Assembly (NCBI GenBank): GCA_965113315.1
Contig: OZ220368.1
Strand: one strand, 5' to 3'
DNA: 64,000 nt
Source of the DNA: Podarcis vaucheri
Taxonomy: Eukaryota
The translations under genes and the position numbers were made by a program. Every line of letters begins with the position of its first letter. Position 1 is the first letter of the stretch. Under the pieces are notes generated by a model. That model ran no database searches, had not been told where the DNA came from, and saw nothing but the letters and a program-made list of their open reading frames with translations. Below are positions 13,365 through 47,650 of this stretch, piece after piece.

Positions 13365-14380
13365 TACTGTTTCACATGAGCACACAGCTACCTCTGATGG
13401 AACTTAAACAGAGCAGATTAGCATCACAACAGTCAAAAATGGTCTTGTGCACATAACTATACAATTTTCTTACTTATATAGTCAACTAGATCATTTTCCT
13501 CCCGTGTTGTACTTCTGAGGATAACAGCAAGAGTAAGAGTTATGGTTGGGGAAACTCATAAATCTAATGGCAAAGTTGGATTGTGATTTCTCCAAAAGAA
13601 TTAGGCTGCTGTGATCCCATAGCTTTTGCTTTTCTGAATCCTTACTTGGGAGCAGGGCTATCTTGGGGAGGACTGGAAAAAAAGAATGAGAAAGTGATGT
13701 CATGGCTTGGCTGGGCTCAGTTGTTGGGGCAGCGAAGGCTGGTTTATAATGTAAACACTGTTAAAATGTTTATCGTTGGTTTTGTCATTTTCCTTATTTG
13801 TCGAGTAATCTTGAAGAGAATGAAAGGTTTTCTGGTGCAGCTTAGTGACTGGAGAGATTTCCATAAAAAGGCACAGACATTGCTTTTGAGGAGCAGAAAG
13901 GTTTCTCAGTTGGCAATGGCAAGTGAGGCCTGACCTTTTACAGGGAGAAAATATTGACCTAAATCATTCCCTATCGGGGATGGGAAAGCAATCTCAGTCT
14001 CTTGCAACTTGCCACTATAATTTTCTTGCTTAATTGTACATACTTCTGTGCAGCTGAGTGTGAAAAGATAAATTGCATAAGCAAGTATTAATGCGTTTAG
14101 TGGAATTTTAAGGAGGGTCTTGTTTGCCAGAGTTCATATATGCATCTAGCAGCCTTATTTGTCACTGTTACAAAGTTTAACCCACCCACCAGAATTGAGT
14201 TTGATAATATTTGACATCATCTAAGAGGGAAAAGATAATTTTTGCATTAGTGCTCTGTGTGGCTTAATGAAGCTCAGGAGTATCAGAGGACAGAGCAGTT
14301 TTCTTAGTTTAGTTCCTTTCACAGCCTCTGTGCTTTGTACTGCCCATTTCTCTCCCAAGCTCAGATTTATTTATTTACTT

Positions 14381-14690
14381 ATAGAATCATAGAATTGTAG
14401 AGTTGGAAGGGACACCAAGGGTTATCTAGTCCAACCCCCTGCAATGCAGGAATCTGAACGAAAGCATCTCAACAGATGGCCACCACCTCTCATGGGAGTC
14501 TGTTCCACTGTCGAACAGCTCTTACCGACAGAAAGTTATTTCCAGTTTTGTGTTGGAATCTCCTTTCTTGAACTTAAATCCATTGGATCATGTCCTATCC
14601 TCCACAGCAGGAGAAACAAGCTTGCTCCGTCTTCCGTGTGACAGCCCTATAGATATTTGAAGATGGCTATCATATCTCCTTTCAGTCTCA
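14381..14690 (-). mobile_element. CR1 LINE 3' end fragment (older subfamily)
   Basis: ATAGAATCATAGAA tail, then GAGTTGGAAGGGAC...TCCAACCCCCTGC...TTCCACTGTCGAACAGCTCTTAC, homologous to the CR1 at 34370. Confidence 0.85.
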
Positions 14691-15475
14691 TTATATTTAT
14701 ATCGCACATCTTCTGTGAACCACACTGTGATCTTGTGATGAAGTGTGGTATATAAATCTAATAAATAAATAGTAACAATCTTCTTCCAAAGGAACCAGGG
14801 AAAAAAATATAAACACTAAAACAATACAATTAAAACTTCTGGGGGAGGGGAACAGTTAAAAGCTTCTAATCAATAGAAAAAAATATTTAAATTTGGTCTC
14901 ATTAAATTGGTTTTGGCCAAATCCTGATATAAATACCAGCAATTTGTAACTTGTTCATCCACCTATACTTGATTGGCCTTTCCTTTCCTTTTCCCTTCCC
15001 TTCCCTGTCAGAGACAGCAGGCAGGTCTACCTCCAGCACTGACCCCCACACACTAGGAACCGGGGTGGGACCCCCTTGCATATTGTGTTGCTTGGCAGAA
15101 AACTTTGCCACAGCAGCCAGATAAAATGAGGGTGCTGGACTTGGAGGGAATTGTTCCATCACACTCACCGTGGCATTGCGCACTTGGTAGGACCACAAAT
15201 GAATGCATAATTAATCTCAGAAACAGATGAGATTTTTCATATGAATGGAATATGAAAATTGCTTAATTTTGTCAAGTTCAGTTCTAAATTGAGCTGGAGA
15301 ATGTGTGCTTCACCTATCATTAGTTGTTCAGTCTGTTTCATTTATTCAATGAAGTTTTGAAATAATTTTGCCACTAAGTTATAGTTTATAAAATAGTAAT
15401 AATAATATTAAAAAATTGTAAAACTTACTTTCTACCATATATATCAAACTGCTCCTTTCAGGGTGCCCCAGATTA

Positions 15476-15671
15476 CAGTCATACCTTGGGTTATAGATGT
15501 TTCAGATTGCACTTTTCCGGGTTGCGCACCACGCCAAACCTAGAAATACCAGACTGGATTACTTCCGGGTTTCGGCACTCACGCATGTGCAGAAGGGCCA
15601 AATCATGACCCACGCATGCGCAGATGCTGTGCTGTGGGTTGTGAATGTGCCTCCCGCACGGATCACATTTG
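15476..15671. mobile_element. Tc1/mariner (Tigger-like) MITE, truncated by an assembly gap
   Basis: TA|CAGTCATACCTTGGGTT terminus related to the other CAGTGGTACCT MITEs. Confidence 0.6.
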
Positions 15672-15816
15672 NNNNNNNNNNNNNNNNNNNNNNNNNNNNN
15701 NNNNNNNNNNNNNNNNNNNNNNNNNNNNNNNNNNNNNNNNNNNNNNNNNNNNNNNNNNNNNNNNNNNNNNNNNNNNNNNNNNNNNNNNNNNNNNNNNNNN
15801 NNNNNNNNNNNNNNNN
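15672..15816. other. Assembly gap (145 N)
   Basis: N run. Confidence 0.99.
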
Positions 15817-17120
15817 AAATGTGGCACAGTGGACCACAGGTGGGAGGCATTATATTTTTCTTAGATTTTTACTCCATTTTTTCCTCCTTCGTTTCTTTGA
15901 CTTTGTCTCGTTTGATTGTTATAAACCAGCTGTATGTTCATAAACCAGCTGTACGGGCGGAAACCTGGGTTATTTTATGTGTGTTGTATAAGCCTGTTAC
16001 ATGTTTTTACTTACACAAAAAGTAATAAAATACTTGGAACAAGGAATTAAGTATTCTACTAAGCAAGTTGATGCAACTGCCAAAGGCTTGTGAACTTAGC
16101 TTTTCAAAGTGATTAGACAAAGAATTGTAGAATATACAGGCGATCCTTTATCAGATTCTCTGCTTCTGAAGTCTCTTTTTACTATGTTTATTTAATATTT
16201 ACTATCGTAATATTTGCTCATAAAATAACATCTTTCAAAGTGAACGTATCGACTAAAACAACAGTATTACATGAGAATGGTGGTGGTGTTTTTTGGGGGG
16301 TTTTTTTTTTTCATTGCCATACAATATTTACTGTGCCTGGAAACTGCAACACATTTTTCAGTCATCCTGCTGTGTGTTTGCTTTTAAAATGAGTTTCGTT
16401 TTGTTAATGCCTCCGTCTGTTCTTGAGGGGTAAGATAAAGATCTATGATGTTCTTAGAGAAGCCAGGGTTTGACCCATTTGGCTCCCAACACCAACAGCT
16501 TGGAGTTTAAAACCTGTGAGTGTTCATACTGCTAGCTCTCTACACATCTACAGATTCACAGCTGTAGTCATAAGTTGCTTCTGGTGAATGTTTGTGAGAT
16601 AGAAGCCACTCCTCCTATTTATTAGTTCTCATCGAATCAAGAAAGCTCAGAGGAGAGAAGGCTACCTCACTCTTTGTACCTGGGTGGAGAGCCTTTCTTT
16701 AGGCCTCTCACATCTACAGAGCCTTGCAGAAGGTAAAAAACTATCCTTGCCAACTCCCCAACCCCAGCGATTCAGACACAGGTAGCCCTCCACCCATACT
16801 GAATCTTCTATGTCAGTTAGGAAACAGGTGAGAGATGGCAGTGGGGCACCCATAAAGAATAAAGACTGGCTACCAGGTCCAGTCTAGACTTGTGGACCTC
16901 ATTGAGTCTCTTAGGAGTTATCAAGTTTGGCAGAAGGAATAGCCACATCACACTTGTCTATCATTGGCCACTATATACCTCTGTTAATAGGCCTGAATGT
17001 GAAGATTCAGAAGCAGTTTGGTTCATTACTATCCCTTGTGCATTATTTCACATGATGACCTTAACTCCATTATTTCTTTTCTTTTCTTTCCAGACTGTCA
17101 GTATTTGAATAGACCACATC

Positions 17121-39192
<22,072 letters not shown>

Positions 39193-40239
39193 ACCCACAG
39201 CATGCAGCAGCTCTGAGCCAGGTGAGCAAATGGTGAAATCTTAATGACCTTCCTGGAACATGTTCGTGGCACTGACTCTCTTTGCTGCAGCAGCTACTAC
39301 ATGATGCTGGAATGGTTGCAGGCTGGGCTGAAGGCCACCTGCATTCCTTTGGCAAAGGAATGATAATCTGCCAAATACTAACATTTGGGGTATGTGCTAT
39401 ATAGCAGAGGTAGAGAACCTGTGGCCCTCCAGGTGTTGTTACTTTCCAACTCCCATCCACCCTGGCCAGTGCAGCCAGTGGTTGGGGGACCATGGGAGTT
39501 TCAGTTCAGCAAAGTCTGCAGGGTCACAGGCTCCCCATTCCTTTTATAAAGGATGCTTAAAATACTTTTAAGATCAGCTAGGCAGACAGGCACTACCCTG
39601 TGCTTCCTTTTCAAAAATTACACCGCTGGCTCTATCGGTTCAGATTTTATGGGAAATTTTAAAATATATGTTTTCTTTGGCTTTTAATGGGAGGTTCAAT
39701 TATATGTGATTCTGGAGTTTTTATAGCATTTAAAAATGCATTCTGCGAAGAGGCACATTGTTTACCTGGGGAGGGGGATCAGCCTTTGAGTGGTTTGGTG
39801 AGCCATGCCCCCCCTTTCCTATAATACAGAAGTGGACTTGGAGCAGAACAGCGGCTATGTCATCAGTATGCATACTAGGGCCTGCACACGCTATTTCTTT
39901 TTGGGTTGAAGTGCCACCTGCTGACTCATTTGCTTTTGACATCTAGTTTTAACTCTCTTGTTTCCGATCCTTACTGCATGTGTCTGTGTGAGAGAAAGAG
40001 AAAGAGAGAGCACACCCATAAACACTGGTTTGCTATGCAAGAGGTGCTGCAACATTCTCTTCCTTTTTCGCATACATACACATGTCAGCATAGCGAACTC
40101 CCATACTGTCCCAGCAATCCAGTTTTCAGTCATCTCTTAGAGAGAGAGAGAAAGGAATTTAAAAATGATTCAGAGGGTTGTAGGCAACTAAATTCTAAAT
40201 CCCTGAGACCCTGGGGAACTGCTGCCAATCAGTGTAGAC

Positions 40240-40542
40240 CAGGGGTCAGCAACCTAAGCCCCATGGGCCGGAAGTGGCCCCCGGAGGTAATTTGAGCAGC
40301 CCCCAAGCCACCCCCAAATCAAGCTGCCTGCTCACGCGCTGCACTAAACCGGCGCAGCGCGGGGACTCGCTTTTGCAGTGCTGGAAATAGCATCTGCACA
40401 TGCGCAGATGCCGAAAATCACATCTGCACAGATGTAGATGCCAAAAATCGCACGCACGCTCATTCACCTGAGAGATCCAGCCCACTGAGGGATCTCTGTG
40501 GAACCGATCCAGCCCAGGCAAGATAAACCTTGCTGATCCCTG
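40240..40542. mobile_element. hAT MITE, 303 bp
   Basis: CAGGGGTCAGCAA...TTGCTGATCCCTG with perfect GTGTAGAC duplication (40232..40239, 40543..40550). Confidence 0.9.
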
Positions 40543-40550
40543 GTGTAGAC

Positions 40551-40991
40551 CAAGGATGGAGAACTTGTGGGCCTCCAGATATTGCTGGACTAACAACAAC
40601 AACAACAATTATTTTATTATTTATATGCTGCCCATCTTATTGTGTTGCCCCAGCCACTCAGGGTGGCTTCCAGCAAAATATAAAAACACCACAAAACACC
40701 AAACATTAAAAGCTTCCTGAAACAGGGCTGCCTTCAGTTGCCTTCTAAAAGTCATATGGTGGTTTATCTCTTTGACATCTGAGTGGAGGCCTTTCCACAG
40801 GGAAGGTGCCACTACCAAGGAGAACATCTGCCTGTTTCTCTGTAACTTCACGTCATGCAGTGAGGGAACCTCCAGAAAGCCCTCAGACTGGACCTCAGTG
40901 TCCAGGCTACAGGTACCATCATCCCTGACCATTGGGATGAGGCTGGTGGGAGTCTACCAGCATCTGGAGGGCCACAGGTTCCCCATCCCTG
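40551..40991. mobile_element. Palindromic hAT MITE split by an L2 insertion
   Basis: CAAGGATGGAGAACTTGTGGGCCTCCAGAT...ATCTGGAGGGCCACAGGTTCCCCATCCCTG; flanks GTGTAGAC / GTGTAAAC. Confidence 0.8.
40593..40906 (-). mobile_element. L2 LINE 3' fragment
   Basis: ORF 40621..40932 peptide FSLVVAPSLWKGLHSDVKEINHHMTFRRQLKAALFQEAF resembles the L2 ORF2 C-terminus; microsatellite tail (AAC)n/TTAT. Confidence 0.8.
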
Positions 40992-41217
40992 GTGTAAACA
41001 ATACTGAGCCAGATAGACGAGTGCTCTGACCTTTGTTCCTTGGGTCTTAAACAAGTCCTCCTTTCTGAACATGTGCTGCGTATTTGTTTTTAAGAATTTT
41101 TAAAGAAGGTACCTTCAATCCTGTGTGTATTTTTTTTTTTAAAGTACTCTCTTGTTTGCAGAGGCTGTTTCTAAGTTGGATGCTGACTCTTCATTGTCTG
41201 TCTCTTCTTCTGCTCAG

Positions 41218-41735
41218 GATTACAGGAATGAAGAACTGTTGCCTAATTTGGAAAGTGCCACCATTCCAGACTTCAGATAACTACACCACAAATTAATAAC
41301 ATATCCGAAGAGGCTTCTGTTTTTATATATTATGTGAAGAATTTAGATCTTATAATGGTTTGCACAAAGGTCCCTTGGGGGGGAGGAAATAAAATAAAAT
41401 TGCTTTGTGTATATCTCTTGGGAATTAAAGACAATAGTACTTCTCCTTTGCAATAGCAGTTAACAGATGTGATAATAAATATAATTGACTCTAGTTGTAT
41501 GATTATACAAAAGAGCATGGATGCATTTCAGATGTTAGATATTGCTACTATAATTTCATATTGACCTCTTACCATAATTCTTCTCCCATCCAGCACTAAA
41601 AATGGTCAGCCAGTAATACTTTATATCTATCATGATAGATACGATTATACAAATTTTACCCTTTGAACTCATGGCAGCAAATAACTTTCCAAGTCATTGA
41701 CTTCATTTTATATTTAAAAAGTTATGGAATATCAT
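41218..41735 (+). other. RAP1A: RAP1A terminal, wholly non-coding 3'-UTR exon (runs into an assembly gap)
   Basis: TCTCTTCTTCTGCTCAG acceptor ending 41217. GATTACAGGAATGAAGAACTGTTGCCTAA... matches the mammalian RAP1A 3' UTR as I recall it. AU-rich and free of repeats. Confidence 0.85.
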
Positions 41736-41917
41736 NNNNNNNNNNNNNNNNNNNNNNNNNNNNNNNNNNNNNNNNNNNNNNNNNNNNNNNNNNNNNNNNN
41801 NNNNNNNNNNNNNNNNNNNNNNNNNNNNNNNNNNNNNNNNNNNNNNNNNNNNNNNNNNNNNNNNNNNNNNNNNNNNNNNNNNNNNNNNNNNNNNNNNNNN
41901 NNNNNNNNNNNNNNNNN
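41736..41917. other. Assembly gap (182 N) inside the RAP1A 3' UTR
   Basis: N run. Confidence 0.99.
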
Positions 41918-41930
41918 GCTTTTATGAATG

Positions 41931-41936
41931 ATTAAA
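41931..41936 (+). terminator. Candidate polyadenylation signal ATTAAA
   Basis: ATTAAA just after the gap, followed by a U/GU-rich tract (TTTTCATTTTGTTTGAGTGTTTCTGTT). The true signal may lie inside the gap. Confidence 0.35.
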
Positions 41937-42069
41937 TTTTAGTACATTTTCATTTTGTTTGAGTGTTTCTGTTCTGGATTTCAGGTCTGAGGTTTTCGCT
42001 GAAAGGGTGATGAAACCTGTAGCAGTGAATGCTGTTGAAATGCCTTTCACAACTCCCACTTACTTGTTG

Positions 42070-42610
42070 ATCATTACTTTCTTTCCCACCTTTTCTTCAA
42101 GGAGGCATACGTGGTTCTCCTCATGATTTTATCCTTGCAAACAACCCTGTGAGGCAAGTTAGGCTAAGAGGCAGTTGACTGACCCAAAGTCACCCAGTGA
42201 GCTTCACGGTCAATTGGAGATTTGAACCCTGGACTACAAGGTCCTAGTCTGACACACTAACCACTACACCAGGGGTCTGCAACCTTTAAGACAAAAAGAG
42301 CCACTTGGACCCGTTTCCGAAGGAAAAAAAACCTGGGAGCCATAAAACCATTGCGACATTTAAAACAAATGTATCTCCAGAGCCGCGATCTGACAGTGGG
42401 CGGGAAGGTGACGTCGGGATTAACACACGCACCGCCCCCATGCGACGTCACAGCCAGTACAGCGCCCGCCACAGTGGGGAGTGTCAGGACGAACAATGCG
42501 CCTCCTCCCCTCGCTAGTATCCGCTCCGGAGCCGCGGCAAAGGTGTAAAAGAGCCACATGCGGCTCCGGAGCCGCGGGTTGCAGACCCCTGCACTACACC
42601 ATACTGGCTG
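42070..42610 (-). mobile_element. MIR/CORE-like (Squam3-like) SINE interrupted by a hAT MITE
   Basis: AACAACCCTGTGAGG..AGGCTAAG..AAAGTCACCCAGTGAGCTTCA..TTTGAACCCTGG..CTAACCACTACAC|CATACTGGCT. Confidence 0.75.
42270..42591. mobile_element. Young hAT MITE, 322 bp
   Basis: Perfect 15-bp inverted ends CAGGGGTCTGCAACC / GGTTGCAGACCCCTG, perfect CACTACAC duplication, many intact CpGs. Confidence 0.93.
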
Positions 42611-43669
42611 GCGGACATGCTTGAGTAGGGAAAAGCATGCATTGTGGCCAGAATGGTCAAGTTATAACTTCATTGCATTGGTTTTGATTGGCTGGGCTTT
42701 GTACACTTTGAGGCTTCATAGAGCTCATTCAGTAGAAATGATAACAAACCAAGATCTGAGTTGATGCACAGGCAAGCCGGCTTAGCCAACTGAAGAGTGT
42801 CTGCTGCCTCATTAGGTGGCATTTCTGGAGGAAGAGAACAAAGACCTTTCCCCCCACTGATTTTCCTTTGTACCTCCCCCAAGCCTTCTCTGGACGGTTG
42901 CAGGGGAACCTCTGGAAGTGTGGGATGTAGCAGCTAACCAGTGAAAATGGCCTCCCTTGCTTTCTTCCACCAAGATCGTCCACTAGATCTCGGTTCCTTC
43001 TGCAAAAGGAAGTAGCCCTTCTGTGAACGGAAAAGCCAGACTGGATCCGGCTCAATTATGAAGTAGCAAATAATGTATCTCTAATAGATATGACACAACA
43101 GTGGATTGTAATTACGAACTGATTCCCTCCCCCCAATTTGTTTTGCAATACTTTAGTCCAACTGAGCCTTAAAAAAGAATCTCTGGCAGGGTGAAGTCTT
43201 GGCAGGTGGCTATAAATGCAGTGGGTTGCGGTGGTGGTGGTGGTGGAGAGAGTTATTTTCATGAACATTTTAGGTCTGGGTGTGATCATAGGGTTGTTGG
43301 AGCCATGCTTAAGATGGTTCCAGTAGCCAGTTTTCACATGCCATCTAGTGGATGGAAAATACAACAGCCTTCTCAGTAAGAAATGCTCTGTGCTCTGTCA
43401 ACACATTAAAAACACATTGGGGCTTTAAAAAACCATTTTGCTATCATTGCCTGTGTTGTGAGGTTGCCACTTTCCCTGACCTCAACAGAGATTGCAGTTG
43501 TTATTTTTATGTGCTTTGGTTCCAATATGGCATTTTTTAGTTGCAGCTCTTGCAATCTGGACAGTTGCCTGCTTGTTAAAAACTAGTATTATTCCACCGA
43601 CAGAAAGCGGTGCAGTCATGTAATTGGGAGGCACTACTCCCAATTAAGTTGTTTTAACGTTTGTGTGCC

Positions 43670-43821
43670 ATCATACCATACATTATTCTCAGAGTGGTGG
43701 GTTAGGCTGATATGCCAGCTGTCTCAGGATCACCCCAGGGGGGCTTCATGGCTGAGTGGGGATTTGAACTCTGATCTCCTGGGCCAAAGTCTGTCACTCT
43801 AACCACTACACCACACTGGTT
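43670..43821 (-). mobile_element. MIR/CORE-like (Squam3-like) SINE
   Basis: GCTTCATGGCTGAGTGGGGATTTGAACTCTGATCTCC...CTCTAACCACTACACCACACTGG (boxes B and A on the minus strand). Confidence 0.7.
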
Positions 43822-44711
43822 CTCCTAACCTGAGCATGAGGAGTTGGCAACCTTAGTTTGATGCAGTTGTGTATTGCAGAGCAGAAAATGTATTAGTTAA
43901 ACAGCAAAGCAGTTGCACAGAATTAAATATGTTTAAACCACCTGTTTAAACTGGAAGTTTGACAGTTGATCACAGACTAAATAAGTTTGGGACTGTGGGT
44001 GGTAGCCAACCAACTTCTTGTGCAATAGATTTTCTCCTCTCCCTACACAAACCCCCAGAGTCTTCTCAAATCTGCTCCGAGCGTTGAACGAATCTGCAGT
44101 ACAGATTTAGGGGATGCACAGGTGGGACAAATTAGTTGCATACCGTGCCCAATTTTAGATTTATTAGGGCTGTGGAATAGCATTGCATTGGGCAAATGAC
44201 AGAACAGGCCAATTTTGTGTGCATAAAGTCCTAATATTATTTGCCTTGCAAAGTGTTTCGCAGCAGGGGAAAAATTGTGATGCGCTTTATGGCATAATTC
44301 TTTGTGTCCACCAGGTGGCATGTGAAGACTGCTTGACTGGAGCAAACTACAATATTGTTCAGTATTCTTAAAATGCAGGGTGGTTTTTTTTAGAAATATT
44401 GACTAAACATGAATGCACAGCAGATTTTTCTGAACAAGCCAACAGATTTGTTTTTCTATATTTTCAGTTCTAATCAGCATGCGGGGCTACTATAGGAGTT
44501 AAATTAAATGTTACATGTTCCTGCCAGAAGGAAAAACAGTGTGATGGCAGCATTAGAACATAAATAGGCCCAGAAAAGAGATGAAGAGGCAATGCTCTGT
44601 ACTGATTCCAAGATATGTAGGGAGCTTCATAGGGAACTATTATTTGGTATACACCTGCAAGGGCAATGAAAGACAACTGTTTTATATGCTTCAGAACGTG
44701 ATGCTTTAATA

Positions 44712-45020
44712 CAGTGGCTCCCAAACCTTCTCAGGCCACTGCCTCCTTGTTCAATAAGTTCATGCCCCTAACTTACCCCATGTAAAGCATTATTCAGAAT
44801 AGCACTAAGGAAGATAAAATAAAATTCAAAACAGGAACAATTAATAGCACATATTCAAAATCCAATGGAAACTATTTAGTTTAATTAATTCAACAAAACT
44901 GATGAACTTAATCCAGTGATTGTCATTTACCCCTCCTTCTCCTCCTCTTGCCCATCTGCCTCTTAGTGCAACCCCCTACCCCACTCCTATTAACCCCACT
45001 GCTCAATTTGGGAACCAGTG
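44712..45020. mobile_element. Older hAT-type non-autonomous element
   Basis: CAGTGGCTCCCAAA...TTTGGGAACCAGTG inverted ends; target duplication not preserved. Confidence 0.5.
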
Positions 45021-46254
45021 TTTCGGAATATCTATCTATACCCTGGGATATAGGTCTGGAGGATTACTTTAGGAGACAGGCATGTTCTTGCAAAAATGTT
45101 ACAGAGGCAAATTGGCAATCATTTAAAAAACCAATCCTGTTGACTCGGTTGGTAACAGACACATGAAAGTGAGACAAAAATATTGCTTTTTGTTTGCCAC
45201 TAAGGATGGGGGAGGAATCTGGTGAGCTGATATTATGAAGCGGAGTGCGGCTCTGGAGTCCAGCCATTGCCAGATTCAAACTCCTACAGATTTGCATACA
45301 ATGTGGACCAAGGGGTGCCTGCCGCCTTTGAAAAGTAATTTCAGTTGCATAAGGGTGGTTGTCTAGCTCTTATAGAAATGGATGTAGCAAGTCCTCTGGG
45401 AGCGATGAGTCTTGACGTCATGCCATTGCTCTCAGTGGAAATTTTGTGTACGCTTTATTTTACATGCATTTTGCACTTGGGGATTGCATGCAAAATGCAT
45501 AAAAATTTCCCCTGAGAGCAATGTCACATCAAGACTCATCACTCCCAGCAAGACTTGCTGCAATTATTTCAAAGCGCACAACAGAATGAGTGCTCAGCAG
45601 CTGAAATTTAATATCTAATATGCCAGTAGATGGCACTTTGATAATACTTCTGACAATGAAGAAGAACTATCAGATAGGTCTTTCTTTTCTCTCCTCCCCC
45701 ACCCCCAAGGAAGATAGTTAGCAATGAGGTCCACTGCCGTTATCTTGTGATGGCTGACCTTAAATGGGCTAAATAAATCACTATCATGGATATGCCGTGT
45801 GAGAGGCATATATACACAGAGTTGTATCAGGGGAAGTTTGCTGGAAGAGGACACCAAAGAGCTGGTGTCAACTGATAGGTGTCAATTTTAAAAAGCACAA
45901 CCCAGATTTAAACCTGAGTTATTGTAATTGTATTTGGATTGGGGAATTGGGCAACATTTTTTACAGTTTATAACTCGTTTTCAGAGATGGACTGTGAGCT
46001 AGTTGAAGCTTCCAAGCAGGCTGCAATAACCTAAGGTACTGAATGCAAGGACCGCAAAGTCCTGCAAAATACAACCCGTTGCTATTGTGAACACCATCTG
46101 CATGACACGTCTAAGCAACAAAACCTTAAATGGTCTTATCACTCTGCTTTCCAGCAGCTGTGACTCTTAGCTCATAATTGTTAATTCATGAAAGGTACCT
46201 TATAAAGGCTTCATTATTAAATCACCATGGCTGAACTTTCTCCCACACCCCAAA

Positions 46255-46375
46255 GCAGAGCTGTGTTAGTCTCTTGCAGCCAAAGCAGCAGCAGAGTCCT
46301 GTGGCACCTTAAATACTAATGGATTTATTACGGCGGAAACATTCGTGGACTGGAGCCCACACTGTCAGATGCATG
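46255..46375. mobile_element. Penelope-like terminal repeat fragment
   Basis: GCTGTGTTAGTC..GAGTCCTGTGGCACCTTAAA.ACTAA...TTTATT...TTCGTGGAC..GAGCCCAC..TCAGATGC, similar to 21435..21545. Confidence 0.55.
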
Positions 46376-46726
46376 GCTGAACTTGAATCCCCATATGCAT
46401 ACCCCCTGCTAATGTCTGCTAGATCCATAATTTATGCTCCCTAATACAGGGACAGGAAAGGGCGGGTATTTTCCACTGCTTCCCACCAATGCCCACCCGC
46501 TCAAGTTGAAGCATTATTATGCTAATTTCCAGTCACAGCTAAATGGTTTTAAGTGAGGACTTGGGCTGTGATTGAGCATTCTCTGGGGCTGAAATCCTGA
46601 AAAGCTAATTTGAATAAGGAGATGAGTCTATGTACAGGAGCAGGAATCCAGCAAGCCTATCATTCTTAGGTAGTGTGGGTCTGACTTTCAAATGGATCTC
46701 TGTGTCTGCTGGTAATTTGGCAAATA

Positions 46727-46938
46727 TGGTGGTACCTCGGGTTACGAACTTAATTCGTTCCAGAGGTCCGTTCTTAAAACCATTCTTAACCTGAGGCGCT
46801 CTTTCGCTAATGGGGCCTGCTGCTGCTGCTGGTGCCCGATTCCCATTCTCATCCTGGGGCAAAGTTCTCAACCCAACATACTACTTCCAGGTTAGTGGAG
46901 TTTGTAACCCAAAGTGTTTGTAACCTGAGGTACCACTG
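46727..46938. mobile_element. Tc1/mariner (pogo/Tigger-like) MITE
   Basis: TA|TGGTGGTACCTCGGGTTA...TAACCTGAGGTACCACTG|TA; homologous to 19621..19862. Confidence 0.85.
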
Positions 46939-47196
46939 TAAAGACTTAGCAGGAAGCAGTCAAGTGCAGGATTTATCACATTAAATATCTCCATTGACAA
47001 AGTTAACTAAATTCCAACCTGGGCATACGCCTTTTGTTGTTGATGATGATGTTACGCCAGTTTAGGGCTGGTTTATGAATTCATCAGAGCCAAGCCGTAA
47101 AGCTGTTTGTGGAATATGCTCTGTAGTGGGTGGATGAGTTGGAATTTTGCATTATGAAAAAATCCTTGCACATGGAATAGTAGGAAAAGCCCAAAC

Positions 47197-47332
47197 CAGG
47201 CTTCCTCAACCTTGGCCCTCCAGATGTTTTTGGCCTACAACTCCCATGATCCCTAGGTAGCAGGACCAGTGGCCAGGGATGATGGGAATTGTAGTATCAA
47301 AACATCTGGAGGGCCGAGGTTCAGGAAGCCTG
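47197..47332. mobile_element. Palindromic hAT MITE, 136 bp
   Basis: CAGGCTTCCTCAACCTTGGCCCTCCAGATG...CATCTGGAGGGCCGAGGTTCAGGAAGCCTG; flanks GCCCAAAC / GCCTAAAC. Confidence 0.9.
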
Positions 47333-47346
47333 GCCTAAACTGAAAC

Positions 47347-47650
47347 ATTTTTTTATTTATAAATAAATCTTCAAAAGTATTTATACAGCTGTATCATAAA
47401 ATATAAGGGTGGTGTACAACACTAAAACATAAAAGACCATTTAAAACAATACAAATAATCATTAAAGTGACTGGCTAAATCAATGCATGGGACTCTCAGC
47501 ATAAAAAGGTCTTCAAGAAACACCTGGAAATCAAAAGCGAGGAATCTTTGCTGGAAGAGTCTTCCACGGCATGAGACTGGTGACACCAAATGCCTGACTT
47601 CAAGCTGAGGCCAGCTGGATCTCCGTAACACAGGGGACAACTATCAGGGC
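47347..47650 (-). mobile_element. Degenerate L2-like LINE 3' fragment
   Basis: TTTATTTAT tail, AAGGTCTTCAAGAAACACCTG and TTCCAC motifs in the same order as in the L2 at 40593. Confidence 0.45.

Noticed and set aside
15664-15823. 7-bp inverted repeat CACATTT / AAATGTG flanking the first N gap
   Set aside because: Too short to be significant and the gap content is unknown. ORFs spanning the Ns are artefacts.
1-17093. RAP1A promoter and first exon
   Set aside because: No CpG island outside transposon copies; most likely upstream of the window.
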